In this document: positions 1 through 10,735 of the stretch, one piece after another | How the letters are laid out: every line of letters begins with the position of its first letter | How positions within the stretch are numbered: position 1 is the stretch's first letter | From: Bacilli bacterium | GTDB lineage: Bacteria; Bacillota_I; Bacilli_A; ML615J-28; CAG-698 | Assembly: GCA_050174575.1 (NCBI GenBank) | Contig: JBFXJT010000007.1 | Coordinates: forward strand, 6,648 to 70,647 | DNA: 64,000 nt | Reading direction: 5' to 3' | Translations under genes and position numbers: made by a program | Notes under the pieces: model-generated | What the model was told of the DNA's origin: nothing | Seen by the model: only the letters and a program-made list of their open reading frames with translations | Database searches by the model: none

Positions 1-1048
1 TTTGAAAATCAAAAACATCAATACCAAGACTAATAGAAATGGTAAACGGTAATTGATTTGCTTTATTAAAATTATCAATGTTGGTTAATAGTCTATTTTG
101 AAAAATCGATATATCTTCCTTCAAAGATAAATCAAAAAAGACAGCAAACTCATCTCCCCCAATCCTTGCCAATAAATCATTTCTACGGAAACTTTGTCGT
201 AAAATATTCCCCATTTCCCGTAAAATAAAATCCCCCATTAAGTGACCATATTTATCATTTATTTGTTTAAAATTATCCAAATCAAACATCAATCCAGCAA
301 GTTTTCGATGACGGTAGTTATTTTTATTTATCGAAGATAAATAGTTCTCGAATTCACGTTTATTGTATAAACCTGTTAGATAATCAGTGATAACACTCTC
401 TGATTGAACAAACAAAAAGACCATTAAAATTGATAAAGCAATTGTTTGCCAAGTTAATAATACCCCATAAACAAGGATTTGGAGCACCCCTCCAATAATT
501 GGTGGAATACTAAATAAAAGCATGGGGATAAAATTTGATTTGCGAATTTGTTTTCGTTTTGCCAATGTGACAATCAAACTAATTATTAAATAAAAATACG
601 AAATAAAGGCATATATGATGAAAAATTTCCCTCGATGGTAAACATTATTGCTATCAATATAAAAAATCGAATTTCCAAACAAACTATAGAATGATAAAAT
701 CATATTGATAAATAAGGGTATAAAATAAATTAGATGTCTCTTTTTAAATTTAATTGGTTTCTTATTGATAAAAACATTAACAAAATGGAACCATAACAAT
801 CCGATTGTTGGAGCAACTGAAAAACTTATGATTTGAAAACTATAATTTAAAATAAAAAATAAGAGCCCCGGTTGTCCATCAAGCAAATAATTGCTTGCAT
901 CTAAAATCATTAAAAAGATGTCAATGAGAATAATTGATTTTAAGATTTTATTTACTGTTTGATAAGATTCTTTATGATGATTTAAGCTAATAAGGACGAT
1001 GATCATAATGATAATGCTATAAATGTTTGCTTGCAGTGAATAAATCAT
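1..1048 (-). CDS. Membrane-anchored GGDEF-domain diguanylate cyclase; the C-terminus runs off the window start (partial). Absent from the ORF track because there is no in-window stop.
   Basis: Reverse-strand translation from the ATG at 1046-1048 (RBS GGAGTG upstream) gives a hydrophobic multi-TM N-terminal region followed by DYLTGLYNKREF...RIGGDEFAVFF, a canonical GGDEF active-site block. Confidence 0.75.
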   Translation of the reverse strand, partial: MIYSLQANIYSIIIMIIVLISLNHHKESYQTVNKILKSIILIDIFLMILDASNYLLDGQPGLLFFILNYSFQIISFSVAPTIGLLWFHFVNVFINKKPIKFKKRHLIYFIPLFINMILSFYSLFGNSIFYIDSNNVYHRGKFFIIYAFISYFYLIISLIVTLAKRKQIRKSNFIPMLLFSIPPIIGGVLQILVYGVLLTWQTIALSILMVFLFVQSESVITDYLTGLYNKREFENYLSSINKNNYRHRKLAGLMFDLDNFKQINDKYGHLMGDFILREMGNILRQSFRRNDLLARIGGDEFAVFFDLSLKEDISIFQNRLLTNIDNFNKANQLPFTISISLGIDVFDFQ

Positions 1049-1125
1049 TTAATCACTCCTTTCTAACTAAGTTATGTTTATTATAACACAATTTTATTAA
1101 ATGTTATAAATATTTAAAAGACAAA

Positions 1126-3408
1126 TCAAAGTAAATCCGCAATTACCCATAAAAATTTTGCTGTAGTATGGCCCCATACTTCTTTATAAACAGCATTATT
1201 TACCACTGGCCAAAATGGCATATCAAAAGATCCTTTTGTTTCAATCCCCACAGGCAATGAACCAATGAGTTGTTGTGAAAAAGCGACGTACAACGGATGA
1301 TAATTATGTCCTTCCCCATATTGAGTCGATGAAGCAAACGGATTTTTCCCTAAAATCCATTCGATTTGGTTAAAGGCGACTTGTTTTAAAATGGGGTCTT
1401 TAAAAAACGATCCAATGGAACTTGCTGCTTTTGCTTTACTTAATAGCGTTGCATGAAAACCGCGTCTTTGGATAGCAATTGGAAATCTTCTTAAAAAGAC
1501 ATTTTTATCAAGACTAATTCCTTCTTTAATCTGTTCATCTAATTGGTTTTTGTAAAAATCAAGAGGCTCACGGCTTGGGATTGTAAAACGGTCCAAATTG
1601 ATTTTATCTGTTTCATAAATATGGGCGGGTAACAGCCCATAAGGAGCTATAACATCTTTTGTTTGCATGATGTATTCTTGATACAATGTCAATGCTTGTT
1701 TCCATTTTTCATAGTTTGGATGGTTTGGAGCAACTTCCATCAGCTTGACAATTCCTGTAATTGGTGATTGTTCATGTCCACGATGTTCATAAGTTAAATA
1801 TGTCTTATGGCTTGGATCTTCATAGAAAAAACCTCTAATGGGCTTTTCCCAAGTCGGATAACTGATTTGTTGACATGCCATTACTTCATCAGCATATTGG
1901 ATGGAAGTTTCCAGATATTGTTCTTCTTTGGTAATTTCATATAATTGACTGGCAGCTAAAACAAGCGCCCCGCTAACTTGCGCAATTGGTCCCTTCCCCC
2001 ATCGCTTTGTATAAAGACCTTGTTTTAAACCTTCTAGACCAAAAGTAAAATCAGCTTTCGCAATTCTTAAACAATAATGTGCAAAAATATCATCGTTGTT
2101 TTGAAAAGCTTTGGCACAAGCAGATAATGCCATTGAAGCTAGAAAATTTTCAAATGGACCGTTTTCTGCAATATTTTTGATTGATGACGCAGAATCTAAT
2201 TTCAATAAATCACTTGATTTCATTTGATTACTTGTCCAAATGGAATACAGCACGGCTAAAGCTCGGTAACCATCACCAAAATGTGTTTTAAGTAGCCACT
2301 GTGCTCCCCATTTAGCTTCATCTAAAAGTCTCTTTGCAAGTTCATCATCATAATTCACAACCTTCTCATAACAGTCAATAAGTGAATGGCATATTTCAGC
2401 TGTACAGATGGCAAATTGAGATACATCTCCTGCATCATGCCAACCTCCGTGATCACTTACAAGTCGACCATCAATTGGATGGATTGTATGATGAACTAAG
2501 TGGCAGGGGCTATGAACGCCTAATACTTCGCAACCACAACGTAAGCTATGCAAAAAATCAACACTTTTAGAAATGACGTTTCGATAAGGAAAAGAAGAAA
2601 TCTCAAAGAGAGGTGTTTTCTGTTTGCCAATTTGTAATCGAAAAAGACCTGATTGTGTCCATTTAGAAAAATCCATTTCCCAAAATTCACCGTAATCATT
2701 GGTGATTTGGTGCAGTTTATCTTGAAAAACAAACTCATTTTGTTCGTTTAATAGTGAAAAATGGTCTTGATCGGTATTGCCTATAAGCGCCTTTTTTTCC
2801 GAATCAGTAAAATAACCACTATGGCAATAGGCGATTCTATCCTTTAAATGCCAACCAAAATCATCATCAGGTTCGACTTCTTCTAAAACAAGATTACTAA
2901 AATAAAATAAAACTTCCGGAATTGCTTCAGGTGGACATCCCATCAGCAGGGGTCCCATGCTAACTCTAATGATATCTTCGCGATTAAAGTTAGGCATCTC
3001 AAAAAAAACATGATTCCAAACATTAGGAATTAAGCTTGGCGCATGAACAATATTTTGATTAGCAGCATTTGTAATTGATGCATGAAAATAAAAATTTATA
3101 AATCCTTCGGCCCTCGGAAATACCCAAACCGACAAACGGTTAAATTCCTGCCAGTTTTCATGATTAATCGCTATCGAAAAACTACAAGAAGGGCGAGGAC
3201 GAATATCTTGAATATCTGTATTTGCTTTAATTAGCAAACTTGTTGACCCTTGATTTTCTTGGACAATTTCTTTTGAATAATTAATTTCTCCACTACCATT
3301 AAAAGAGGCATGTCGCATCGTATCACAATCATAGATGACTTTTGATTTAATGACCTTTTTTTGTTCCCAGCGCCAAGTAGCACTGTTTTTGTCTACACGA
3401 TTATTCAT
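1126..3408 (-). CDS. GH9-like glycoside hydrolase (N-terminal Ig-like domain plus (alpha/alpha)6 catalytic domain), cytoplasmic.
   Basis: 760-aa ORF with GGWHDAGDVSQF, which resembles the GH9 GGWYDAGDHVKF motif. No signal peptide. The C-terminal NAVYKEVWGHTTA region resembles GH9 signature 2. Confidence 0.5.
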   Translation of the reverse strand: MNNRVDKNSATWRWEQKKVIKSKVIYDCDTMRHASFNGSGEINYSKEIVQENQGSTSLLIKANTDIQDIRPRPSCSFSIAINHENWQEFNRLSVWVFPRAEGFINFYFHASITNAANQNIVHAPSLIPNVWNHVFFEMPNFNREDIIRVSMGPLLMGCPPEAIPEVLFYFSNLVLEEVEPDDDFGWHLKDRIAYCHSGYFTDSEKKALIGNTDQDHFSLLNEQNEFVFQDKLHQITNDYGEFWEMDFSKWTQSGLFRLQIGKQKTPLFEISSFPYRNVISKSVDFLHSLRCGCEVLGVHSPCHLVHHTIHPIDGRLVSDHGGWHDAGDVSQFAICTAEICHSLIDCYEKVVNYDDELAKRLLDEAKWGAQWLLKTHFGDGYRALAVLYSIWTSNQMKSSDLLKLDSASSIKNIAENGPFENFLASMALSACAKAFQNNDDIFAHYCLRIAKADFTFGLEGLKQGLYTKRWGKGPIAQVSGALVLAASQLYEITKEEQYLETSIQYADEVMACQQISYPTWEKPIRGFFYEDPSHKTYLTYEHRGHEQSPITGIVKLMEVAPNHPNYEKWKQALTLYQEYIMQTKDVIAPYGLLPAHIYETDKINLDRFTIPSREPLDFYKNQLDEQIKEGISLDKNVFLRRFPIAIQRRGFHATLLSKAKAASSIGSFFKDPILKQVAFNQIEWILGKNPFASSTQYGEGHNYHPLYVAFSQQLIGSLPVGIETKGSFDMPFWPVVNNAVYKEVWGHTTAKFLWVIADLL

Positions 3409-3592
3409 ATTTCTTCTTCTTTCCTTTGATAATCTAATTATACATAAACTTTTAATTTAAATAAATGATTTCTTTTATGTAATGATGAATCTTGCTTTGT
3501 TTGACTATATTTCGTCTATAATTTGGTCTGTAATCGCTTTTGGATAATCATCTAATAAGAATAAGTAAAATTAAATAAGTTATCTTAAAAGA

Positions 3593-3617
3593 AAAAACGA
3601 ATCAACAGCATTGATTC
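3593..3617 (-). terminator. Intrinsic terminator downstream of the GH13 gene, ending the malQ-glgP-amy operon.
   Basis: Perfect 10-bp inverted repeat AACGAATCAA / TTGATTCGTT with a 5-nt loop, flanked by A-run and T-run. Confidence 0.6.
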
Positions 3618-3620
3618 GTT

Positions 3621-5477
3621 TTACTTCAATTTAATTATTTTTGCCGATTTTCTAGGAACATTGATTTTTTTTACAATCCAAATGTCATCAATCAAATCAA
3701 AACCTTCATTCAATTGATATTGAATTTCATGATTATTGTTGTTAATTATCGTTAATATTTTATCATTTCCCTTGCTTCTTGAGAAAGCAAAGATGTTGTT
3801 GGCTGTCGATTCTTCACAGTAATTACCATCAACAAAAATGGGATCTTTTCTAATAGCACCTAGTTTTTGATACCAACTTAAGATCTCTTGATTAATATTA
3901 TCCCAGTTGATTGTTTTACGGCAGAAAGGATCTCTGAACCCTTCAAGACCTGTTTCATCGCCATAAAAAATGGAAGGAACACCAGGGAGAGTAAACTGGA
4001 TGGCTGTTGCCATTTTCAATTTCATGATGGCATTGGAATAATCATTTTGATTCATATAATAATAGGCTTGCTCTTCTTTTGATAAATGGTCACCGTTTAC
4101 AAAAGCAAAATTAGTTAATAAACGAACTGTATCATGGGTTCCCAAATGGTTCATTAAACAATCCACTACTTGCTTAGGATAATTATTGATAAGATGACGT
4201 ATTTGAATAACCAACCCTGTTAAATTGTCATGGTTTAAAAAGTCGATAATTGCATTTTTTAAGGGGTAATTCATGACACTATCCATTTGTCTTCCCAATA
4301 AATATTTTCTTCTTTGGTCATAAGCCAATTTTGTGGATGCATCCTCCCAAACTTCACCGATTACAATGTTTTCAGGATTGTTTTTTTTCACTGAATTATA
4401 AATTTTCTCTAAGAAAGCATTATTTAGTTCATCAACAACATCTAGTCGAACACCTTTTGCTCCTTTCGTTAACCATTTATCTAAAACACCATATTTCCCA
4501 GTAATAAATTGTTGAAAATTGGGATCTTCTTGATTAACAGCTGGAAGTGTCTTAAAGCCCCACCAACAAATATATTGGTTTGGCCAATTAGTAAATTTAT
4601 ACCAACTGTAATATTTTGATGAACGTGACTGATAAGCACCAAGTTCTTGGTAATGGTTGTATTTGTTAAAATAAAGACTATCATCACCTGTATGATTAAA
4701 AACACCATCAAAAATAACTGAGATACCTTTTTCTTGGGCTTTTTGACACAATAATTGAAAGTCTTCTTCTGTTCCAAACATGGAATCAATCTTTCGGTAA
4801 TCACTTGTATCATACTTATGATTTGAAAAAGCTTCAAAAATCGGATTAAGATAAATAATGCCAACATTTAGTGATTCTAAATAGTCTAATTTGTCAATAA
4901 TACCTTGTAAATTACCACCAAAAAAATCATTATTTAAAACTGATCCATTAACAGGTTGATAATTGGGAACATCAAGCCAATTTTCATGCAATAGGGTACC
5001 AGTTTTGGGTGTCGTTTGTCCATGTTTATAAAAGCGGTCCACCATTATTTGGTACATTATTTTCCCTTTAAACCAGTTAAGATTACCAATTAGTTCTTGA
5101 TAAACTAACAATTGCCAAGATGTTGGATAATAATCCGTTAAAACACCATCCAAATCCCGATTTGAACCAATAAAATGTGTTCCATATGTGTCACTAAATT
5201 GAAAATAATACCAGTATAAACCAACTTGTGGCAACGAAAAAGAAACCGAATAAGCTTGATAGTTATTTTCGATTTGTTTTTTGACCAATCCTAATCGTTT
5301 TATTTCTTGATTCTTATCATCTTTGATAACCAAATCTAAATGGAACAGTTGATAGGCTTCTACGATATAAATAGTGATAATTACATTATCACTGATAATT
5401 ACATTATCACTATTTTTGATTGCCCCTTGAGGTGATTTAAAATGTTCAAAGAAAGGGTTGAATAAAATATTTTTCAT
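3621..5477 (-). CDS. GH13 alpha-amylase family enzyme (neopullulanase/cyclomaltodextrinase/maltogenic amylase type) with an N-terminal domain.
   Basis: 618 aa. GH13 conserved regions present: DGVFNHTG, GVRLDVVDEL, EVWEDAS, NHLGTHDTVR. Start overlaps the glgP stop (ATGA). Confidence 0.8.
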   Translation of the reverse strand: MKNILFNPFFEHFKSPQGAIKNSDNVIISDNVIITIYIVEAYQLFHLDLVIKDDKNQEIKRLGLVKKQIENNYQAYSVSFSLPQVGLYWYYFQFSDTYGTHFIGSNRDLDGVLTDYYPTSWQLLVYQELIGNLNWFKGKIMYQIMVDRFYKHGQTTPKTGTLLHENWLDVPNYQPVNGSVLNNDFFGGNLQGIIDKLDYLESLNVGIIYLNPIFEAFSNHKYDTSDYRKIDSMFGTEEDFQLLCQKAQEKGISVIFDGVFNHTGDDSLYFNKYNHYQELGAYQSRSSKYYSWYKFTNWPNQYICWWGFKTLPAVNQEDPNFQQFITGKYGVLDKWLTKGAKGVRLDVVDELNNAFLEKIYNSVKKNNPENIVIGEVWEDASTKLAYDQRRKYLLGRQMDSVMNYPLKNAIIDFLNHDNLTGLVIQIRHLINNYPKQVVDCLMNHLGTHDTVRLLTNFAFVNGDHLSKEEQAYYYMNQNDYSNAIMKLKMATAIQFTLPGVPSIFYGDETGLEGFRDPFCRKTINWDNINQEILSWYQKLGAIRKDPIFVDGNYCEESTANNIFAFSRSKGNDKILTIINNNNHEIQYQLNEGFDLIDDIWIVKKINVPRKSAKIIKLK

Positions 5478-7885
5478 TTTTTAAAAGACCTTAAATGCCA
5501 AATATTTTTTACATATTCATCAATACTTCGATCCGCAGAAAAGATACCTGCATTTGCAATATTGACCAAAGCCATTTGTTGCCATAATCGACGGTTTTTA
5601 TAGACTTGATCTAAATAATGATATTCCTTCATGTAGGAGTCAAAATCTGCTAAACACATATAAGGATCGGAAACAGGGAAATTATTTAATAAATAACGAG
5701 TAATGTTGTCAAAAGTCTTTCCATTGAAGCCACGGTTAAGTCGATTGATGACTTTTTTTATTAATGGATTGTTTTCATAATACATTGAGGGATTATATCC
5801 TTTTTTCCAAAGATTATTAACTTCTTCGGCGCTCATCCCAAATAAGAAAATATTATCTTTACCAACTGCTTCCGTAATTTCTACATTGGCTCCATCAAAA
5901 GTACCGAATGTTAAAGCACCATTAATCATGAATTTCATATTTCCCGTTCCACTAGCTTCTTTGCCAGCTAACGATATTTGTTCACTAATATCGCTAGCAG
6001 GTATAATTTTTTCAGCCATGGTAACATTGTAATTTTCAACAAAAACAACATTTAACTTCTCACGAATCAGTTGATTTTTATTAATGTCTTGAGAAATTGC
6101 ACAGATTAACTCGATAATTTCTTTCGCAACAAAATATCCCGGTGCAGCTTTTGCACCAAAAATATAAGTTTGTGGAGTAACATCTGCGTGAGGGTTTTCT
6201 TCTAATTCGATTAATAAAGCAACAATTTTAAGTGCATTTAACAATTGTCTTTTATATTCATGGAGACGTTTTATTTGCACATCAAATCTTGTTTTCGGAT
6301 TGATATTGATGCCTGTTTGTTTAAACAAATATTTCGCAAATTCAACTTTATTGTAGTTTTTTATCAATTCAAGTTGTTTTAATGTCTCATCATCTTCTTT
6401 AAAAGTTAATAACTGACGAAGTTCACTTGCATCGGTTAAATAGCCTTTTCCGATTGTTCGGTCCAACAATTCAACAAGTTTTGGGTTTGCTTGATAAAGC
6501 CAGCGGCGGTAAGCAATTCCATTGGTCACATTGGTAAATTTTTCTGGCCAAATTTGTGCAAAACCTTTAAATAAGTCATTTTTAATAATATCACTGTGTA
6601 ATTTGGAAACACCGTTAACTTTATGAGAAGCAATGACTGATAAATTAGCCATTCTTATTTGGCCTTGATGGATAATTGCTAAGTTGGCGATTTGTTGTTC
6701 GGACAATTGCCACTTTTCGCATGTCTTCACAAAAAGATTATTTATTTGCTTTAAGATAATATAAATCCTTGGCAATAATTTTTGAATTAATTCTTCGGAC
6801 CATTTTTCTAGTGCTTCTGCCATGACGGTATGATTGGTATAGCTGATGGTTGTTTGCACGATTCCCCAACTTTCTTCAAAACTTAAATCATATTCATCAA
6901 TTAAAATACGCATTAATTCCGGAATACATAAAGCTGGATGAGTATCGTTGATGTGAATAGCCACATACTTAGGAAGACTATGGATATCGCCATAATAACG
7001 AAGATGATCGGCAATAATGTTTTGCATTGAAGCACTTACTAAAAAATACTGTTGTTTTACACGGAGAGCTTTACCTTCATAATGATCATCCGAAGGATAA
7101 AGTACTTTAGATATTAAATCAGCTTCATTGTATTCTTTCATGGCTTCCATATAATCGCCTTGGGAAAACAATTTTAAATTGAAATCTTGAATATTTCGAC
7201 TACGCCATAATCGAAGGACACTGATGGCTTCACTATTAGCACCCGAAACCATCATATCGTAAGGAACAGCTTCAATCGCTTTATAGTTTAGGTAATCATA
7301 TATGATTTTATCGCCAACATGTTTTTCGATTACTTCACCATTAAACTTAACTTGGTAAACTTTGTCTCCGCGAAGCGTTAACCAAACTTCACCACCTGGT
7401 AACCAAACATCCGGTAATTCTGTTTGCCAACCATTGACTATTTTTTGTTTAAACAAACCATATTCATAACGGATGGAAAACCCCATGGCTGGATAGGCTT
7501 GTGAAGCTAAAGCGTCTAAGTAACAAGCGCCTAATCGCCCTAATCCACCATTGCCTAAACCGGCATCCGGTTCATGCTCATATAAATCTTCCAAAGTAAA
7601 CCCAATGCTCTCAAGGATGCTAGAAAACTCGTTAACTAATCCAAGATTATATAAATTATTTTTAAAAGAACGACCCATGAGAAATTCCATGCATAGATAA
7701 TAAACACGTTTCCCTTGGTTTTCTTTTACAATATTATTATAAACCTTGCGTTTTTTGCGAAGAATATCATTGATAGTTACCGCTGAAGCTTTATATAATT
7801 GTTCAATATTGGCATCAGCAAGGGCAACTCCGTACATTTTGGATAAATTGTCTTCAATGATATCTCTTAATTCCATTTTATTCAT
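5474..7885 (-). CDS. glgP: Alpha-glucan (glycogen/maltodextrin) phosphorylase.
   Basis: 803 aa with the PLP-site motif EASGTGNMKFMINGALTFGTFDGANVEI, typical of GT35 phosphorylases. Confidence 0.95.
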   Translation of the reverse strand: MNKMELRDIIEDNLSKMYGVALADANIEQLYKASAVTINDILRKKRKVYNNIVKENQGKRVYYLCMEFLMGRSFKNNLYNLGLVNEFSSILESIGFTLEDLYEHEPDAGLGNGGLGRLGACYLDALASQAYPAMGFSIRYEYGLFKQKIVNGWQTELPDVWLPGGEVWLTLRGDKVYQVKFNGEVIEKHVGDKIIYDYLNYKAIEAVPYDMMVSGANSEAISVLRLWRSRNIQDFNLKLFSQGDYMEAMKEYNEADLISKVLYPSDDHYEGKALRVKQQYFLVSASMQNIIADHLRYYGDIHSLPKYVAIHINDTHPALCIPELMRILIDEYDLSFEESWGIVQTTISYTNHTVMAEALEKWSEELIQKLLPRIYIILKQINNLFVKTCEKWQLSEQQIANLAIIHQGQIRMANLSVIASHKVNGVSKLHSDIIKNDLFKGFAQIWPEKFTNVTNGIAYRRWLYQANPKLVELLDRTIGKGYLTDASELRQLLTFKEDDETLKQLELIKNYNKVEFAKYLFKQTGININPKTRFDVQIKRLHEYKRQLLNALKIVALLIELEENPHADVTPQTYIFGAKAAPGYFVAKEIIELICAISQDINKNQLIREKLNVVFVENYNVTMAEKIIPASDISEQISLAGKEASGTGNMKFMINGALTFGTFDGANVEITEAVGKDNIFLFGMSAEEVNNLWKKGYNPSMYYENNPLIKKVINRLNRGFNGKTFDNITRYLLNNFPVSDPYMCLADFDSYMKEYHYLDQVYKNRRLWQQMALVNIANAGIFSADRSIDEYVKNIWHLRSFKK

Positions 7886-7911
7886 ACTAAACTCCTTTGG
7901 AAAAAGTATCC

Positions 7912-9375
7912 TTATCGACGGTATACTTTAACCCAATAATTAATTTTGGTGGCTAATTTTTCTGTTGTGGCCTGTTTTTGCATTCGCCATATCCAATTAC
8001 CACCTAAAAATGAAGGACGATTGATGCGGGCTTCTTCTTTTAATCCTAAATAATCTTGCATCGGAATAATCGCAATATCACATACAGATTTCAGGCATTC
8101 CAATATTGCTGCAAATCCAGCATCTTTTCGATTCTTTATATGCATATAGTCCATTAAATACTGATAATCTTCAGGTTTTAAACTATCAATCCAAGCTTCA
8201 ATCGGTAAATTATCATGTGTTCCTGTATAAACGATTGCATTTTTAGTTAAATTGTGAGGTGAGTACTCACTATCACCATGAGCATCAAAGCCAAATTGGA
8301 AGATTTTCATTCCTGGATATCCACAGTCATGTAGGAGCTGATAAACTTCTTCGGTTAGAAAACCTAAGTCTTCCGCAATGATATGAACTTCCCCTAAAGC
8401 TTCTTTGACTTTAGAAAACAACTTCATACCCGGACCTTTTATCCATTTGCCATTTTCTGCTGTTTTGTCAACAAATGGAACAGAATAATAAGCTTCAAAC
8501 CCACGGAAATGGTCGATTCTAACAACATCAAATAGTTTTAAACTTTCTTTAATCCGTTTGATCCACCATGCAAAACCTTCTTTTTCCATTAAAGCATAAT
8601 TATATAAGGGATTGCCCCATAGTTGACCAGTTGTTGCGAAATGATCTGGTGGAACTCCCGCAACGCTTACGGGATTAAGTTCAGAATCGAGTTGCCAATA
8701 TTCGGGAGTTGCCCAAACATCACTTGAATCATATGCCACATAAATCGGCATGTCACCAATAATTTGGATTCCATTTTCATTGGCATAAATTTTTAAAACT
8801 TGCCATTGTTCAAAAAATTTAAATTGAATAAATTCCCAAAAAGCAATATCATCTTTGTGCTTTGTACAAAATTCATTTAAAGCCTTTTTTTCTCTTGTTT
8901 TCAATTCAACCGGCCAAGAGCTCCAATTACCTTCTGGCGCATTATCTTTGATTGCCATAAACAAAGCATAATCATTAAGCCAATTGGCATTTTCCAAAAT
9001 AAATTGTTGATAATTCTCGTTTTGTACAAAACGTTTAAATGCTTTTTTCAATATTGGGAAGCGATGTTGATATTGAAAGGCAAAATCGACGGCATTTGTT
9101 TGCTTGGATTTTAAAGCTTGTATTTCGCTTTTTTTAAGCAATTGTTCTTTAACCAATATTTCAAGATTAATAAAATAGGGATTTCCAGCAAAAGCGGAAA
9201 AGGTTTGGTATGGAGAATCTCCATATGAAGTTGGACCTAGTGGTAAAACTTGCCAATATTTTTGCCCAGCTTTTTTTAAGAAATCAACATATTGATAAGC
9301 TTCTCTTCCAAATGTTCCAATGCCATAAGCATTGGGTAAAGAAGAGATATGCATTAAAATGCCACTACCTCGCAT
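7912..9375 (-). CDS. malQ: 4-alpha-glucanotransferase (amylomaltase, GH77).
   Basis: 487 aa. N-terminus MRGSGILMHISSLPNAYGIGTFG is the classic MalQ start. Conserved blocks seen in the GH77 region. Confidence 0.95.
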   Translation of the reverse strand: MRGSGILMHISSLPNAYGIGTFGREAYQYVDFLKKAGQKYWQVLPLGPTSYGDSPYQTFSAFAGNPYFINLEILVKEQLLKKSEIQALKSKQTNAVDFAFQYQHRFPILKKAFKRFVQNENYQQFILENANWLNDYALFMAIKDNAPEGNWSSWPVELKTREKKALNEFCTKHKDDIAFWEFIQFKFFEQWQVLKIYANENGIQIIGDMPIYVAYDSSDVWATPEYWQLDSELNPVSVAGVPPDHFATTGQLWGNPLYNYALMEKEGFAWWIKRIKESLKLFDVVRIDHFRGFEAYYSVPFVDKTAENGKWIKGPGMKLFSKVKEALGEVHIIAEDLGFLTEEVYQLLHDCGYPGMKIFQFGFDAHGDSEYSPHNLTKNAIVYTGTHDNLPIEAWIDSLKPEDYQYLMDYMHIKNRKDAGFAAILECLKSVCDIAIIPMQDYLGLKEEARINRPSFLGGNWIWRMQKQATTEKLATKINYWVKVYRR

Positions 9376-9524
9376 AATATTTTTCCTCCTGTACTTCTAC
9401 AACGATTGCCTCATATGGTTAAAATGATATATTTTTTTGAAATGGTGAATTTTATCTTTGTTCTATTTTTTTAATTATACTAAATTTTAAAGATTAAAAA
9501 AGACGATTACTCGCCTTTTATTAA

Positions 9525-9776
9525 TTATTGTTTTTTTGTAAGACTTCGAGTGATTCGTAATGCAAATAAAATGATGATGCCAAAGAAACCAATAGCTCCT
9601 GGGATAAGAATAACTTCGAGTCCATCTAAAACAGCCTGTAATCCGAGCAATAAAGATATAAAAGCAAAAATTGCTAGAAAAATACAAAACGCTCCACCAA
9701 TTAAAGCTAGCATATCTATAATAATATTAAACTTACTTTCAAACCAATCCAAAAAACGATTAAATTTATTTTTCAT
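9525..9776 (-). CDS. Small two-TM membrane protein (hypothetical).
   Basis: ORF 9525-9791. The internal ATG at 9774-9776 is preceded by AAAGGA. Two hydrophobic helices. No recognisable family. Confidence 0.35.
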   Translation of the reverse strand: MKNKFNRFLDWFESKFNIIIDMLALIGGAFCIFLAIFAFISLLLGLQAVLDGLEVILIPGAIGFFGIIILFALRITRSLTKKQ

Positions 9777-9837
9777 CTTATGTCCTTTCATGAACTTGAT
9801 TGATTATATCTTTTTTAAAACCTTTTTACAAGTTATT

Positions 9838-10734
9838 TTATAAACTATTTTTCTTGAAAACAATGACGATATTTCCAGTCGATGTTTTAGCGGTAATATT
9901 TTTTGTTCCTTGTGGATTTAAAACTTGGCTGGCAATTTTTAATCCTTGATAAGTAATATCACCGGTGGAAACAGATACGTCAACACGATAATCATCTTCT
10001 TCTCCCAATAAGTCAATATAGACTGATCCGGTTGAAGTACTACTCGTAACGTCATCACTAGTTATATCATTTAAATCAATTGTTCCTGTTGATGATGTCC
10101 CAGATATTGTCGGAGCACTTACGACATTCATTTTGATTTTACCTGTTGAAGTGCTGGCTTTGATCTCTTGTGCTTGAATAGTGTCGAGATTAACCGATCC
10201 TGTTGCCGTTTGCGCCGTCAATTTGTTAATAATGGAACAATTGCTCACTGTTACATCACCGGTGGATGTTGTTAATTTTAAAGACGGAAGTTGCGTAAAA
10301 CCATCAATTTCTAACGAACCAGTATCTGTCTCGCCTACAATTAACCCATTATAGTTGACTGGAAGAACAACCTTAATTAGCGAAACCGCTTGACTTTTAT
10401 AACCCCAAATAAAGAATAATTGGCGACTTGTATTATCTAATGTTAATACTCCATCTACTAAAGAATAGCTAAAATAATCATATTCTGATTCATAATAGGT
10501 TAAGGTATATGTACTATCAAGTGATTCTTCAAAGATTATATTATGAGTTGATCCTTCAATATACACTTCAGTGATGGCTTCATTGCCTGTTTTTTGAACT
10601 AAAGTAAAATCGTCATCCCGTGAAAACGCTTCGTAAATGACTGTAATATCACCTTTTGTACCAATAAAACCCCAGGTTGCTAAACCAAATCCAACAACAA
10701 GGATGAGTATTAAGATTGTTTTGATTGTTTTCAT
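9838..10734 (-). CDS. DUF4097 (putative adhesin / beta-helix) domain protein, membrane-anchored.
   Basis: Start chosen at MKTIKTILILILVV (RBS GAGGAAAAA), which overlaps the upstream stop. Repetitive STG-rich beta-strand segments typical of DUF4097. Confidence 0.7.
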   Translation of the reverse strand: MKTIKTILILILVVGFGLATWGFIGTKGDITVIYEAFSRDDDFTLVQKTGNEAITEVYIEGSTHNIIFEESLDSTYTLTYYESEYDYFSYSLVDGVLTLDNTSRQLFFIWGYKSQAVSLIKVVLPVNYNGLIVGETDTGSLEIDGFTQLPSLKLTTSTGDVTVSNCSIINKLTAQTATGSVNLDTIQAQEIKASTSTGKIKMNVVSAPTISGTSSTGTIDLNDITSDDVTSSTSTGSVYIDLLGEEDDYRVDVSVSTGDITYQGLKIASQVLNPQGTKNITAKTSTGNIVIVFKKNSL

Positions 10735-10735
10735 T

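Noticed and set aside
2382-2738. Short antisense or overlapping ORFs inside long CDSs (same situation at 3888-4082, 4481-4867, 17203-17877, 19860-20105, 21197-21593, 22878-23204, 35514-35768, 47310-48170, 49177-49512, 50193-50826 and others)
   Set aside because: Each is fully contained in a longer ORF with strong family-level similarity. No RBS or conserved motif supports them.
9376-9524. Possible MalR/cre operator (aggcaatcgttgtagaagtaca) upstream of malQ
   Set aside because: It is only a half-site-like match (TGTA...TACA without a central CG) with no clear dyad symmetry. Too weak to annotate.
9487-9843. Overlapping small ORFs 9487-9687 (-) and 9550-9843 (+)
   Set aside because: They are mutually overlapping and antisense to, or out of frame with, the better-supported 9525-9776 membrane ORF. 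K/I-rich translations are typical of AT-rich noise.
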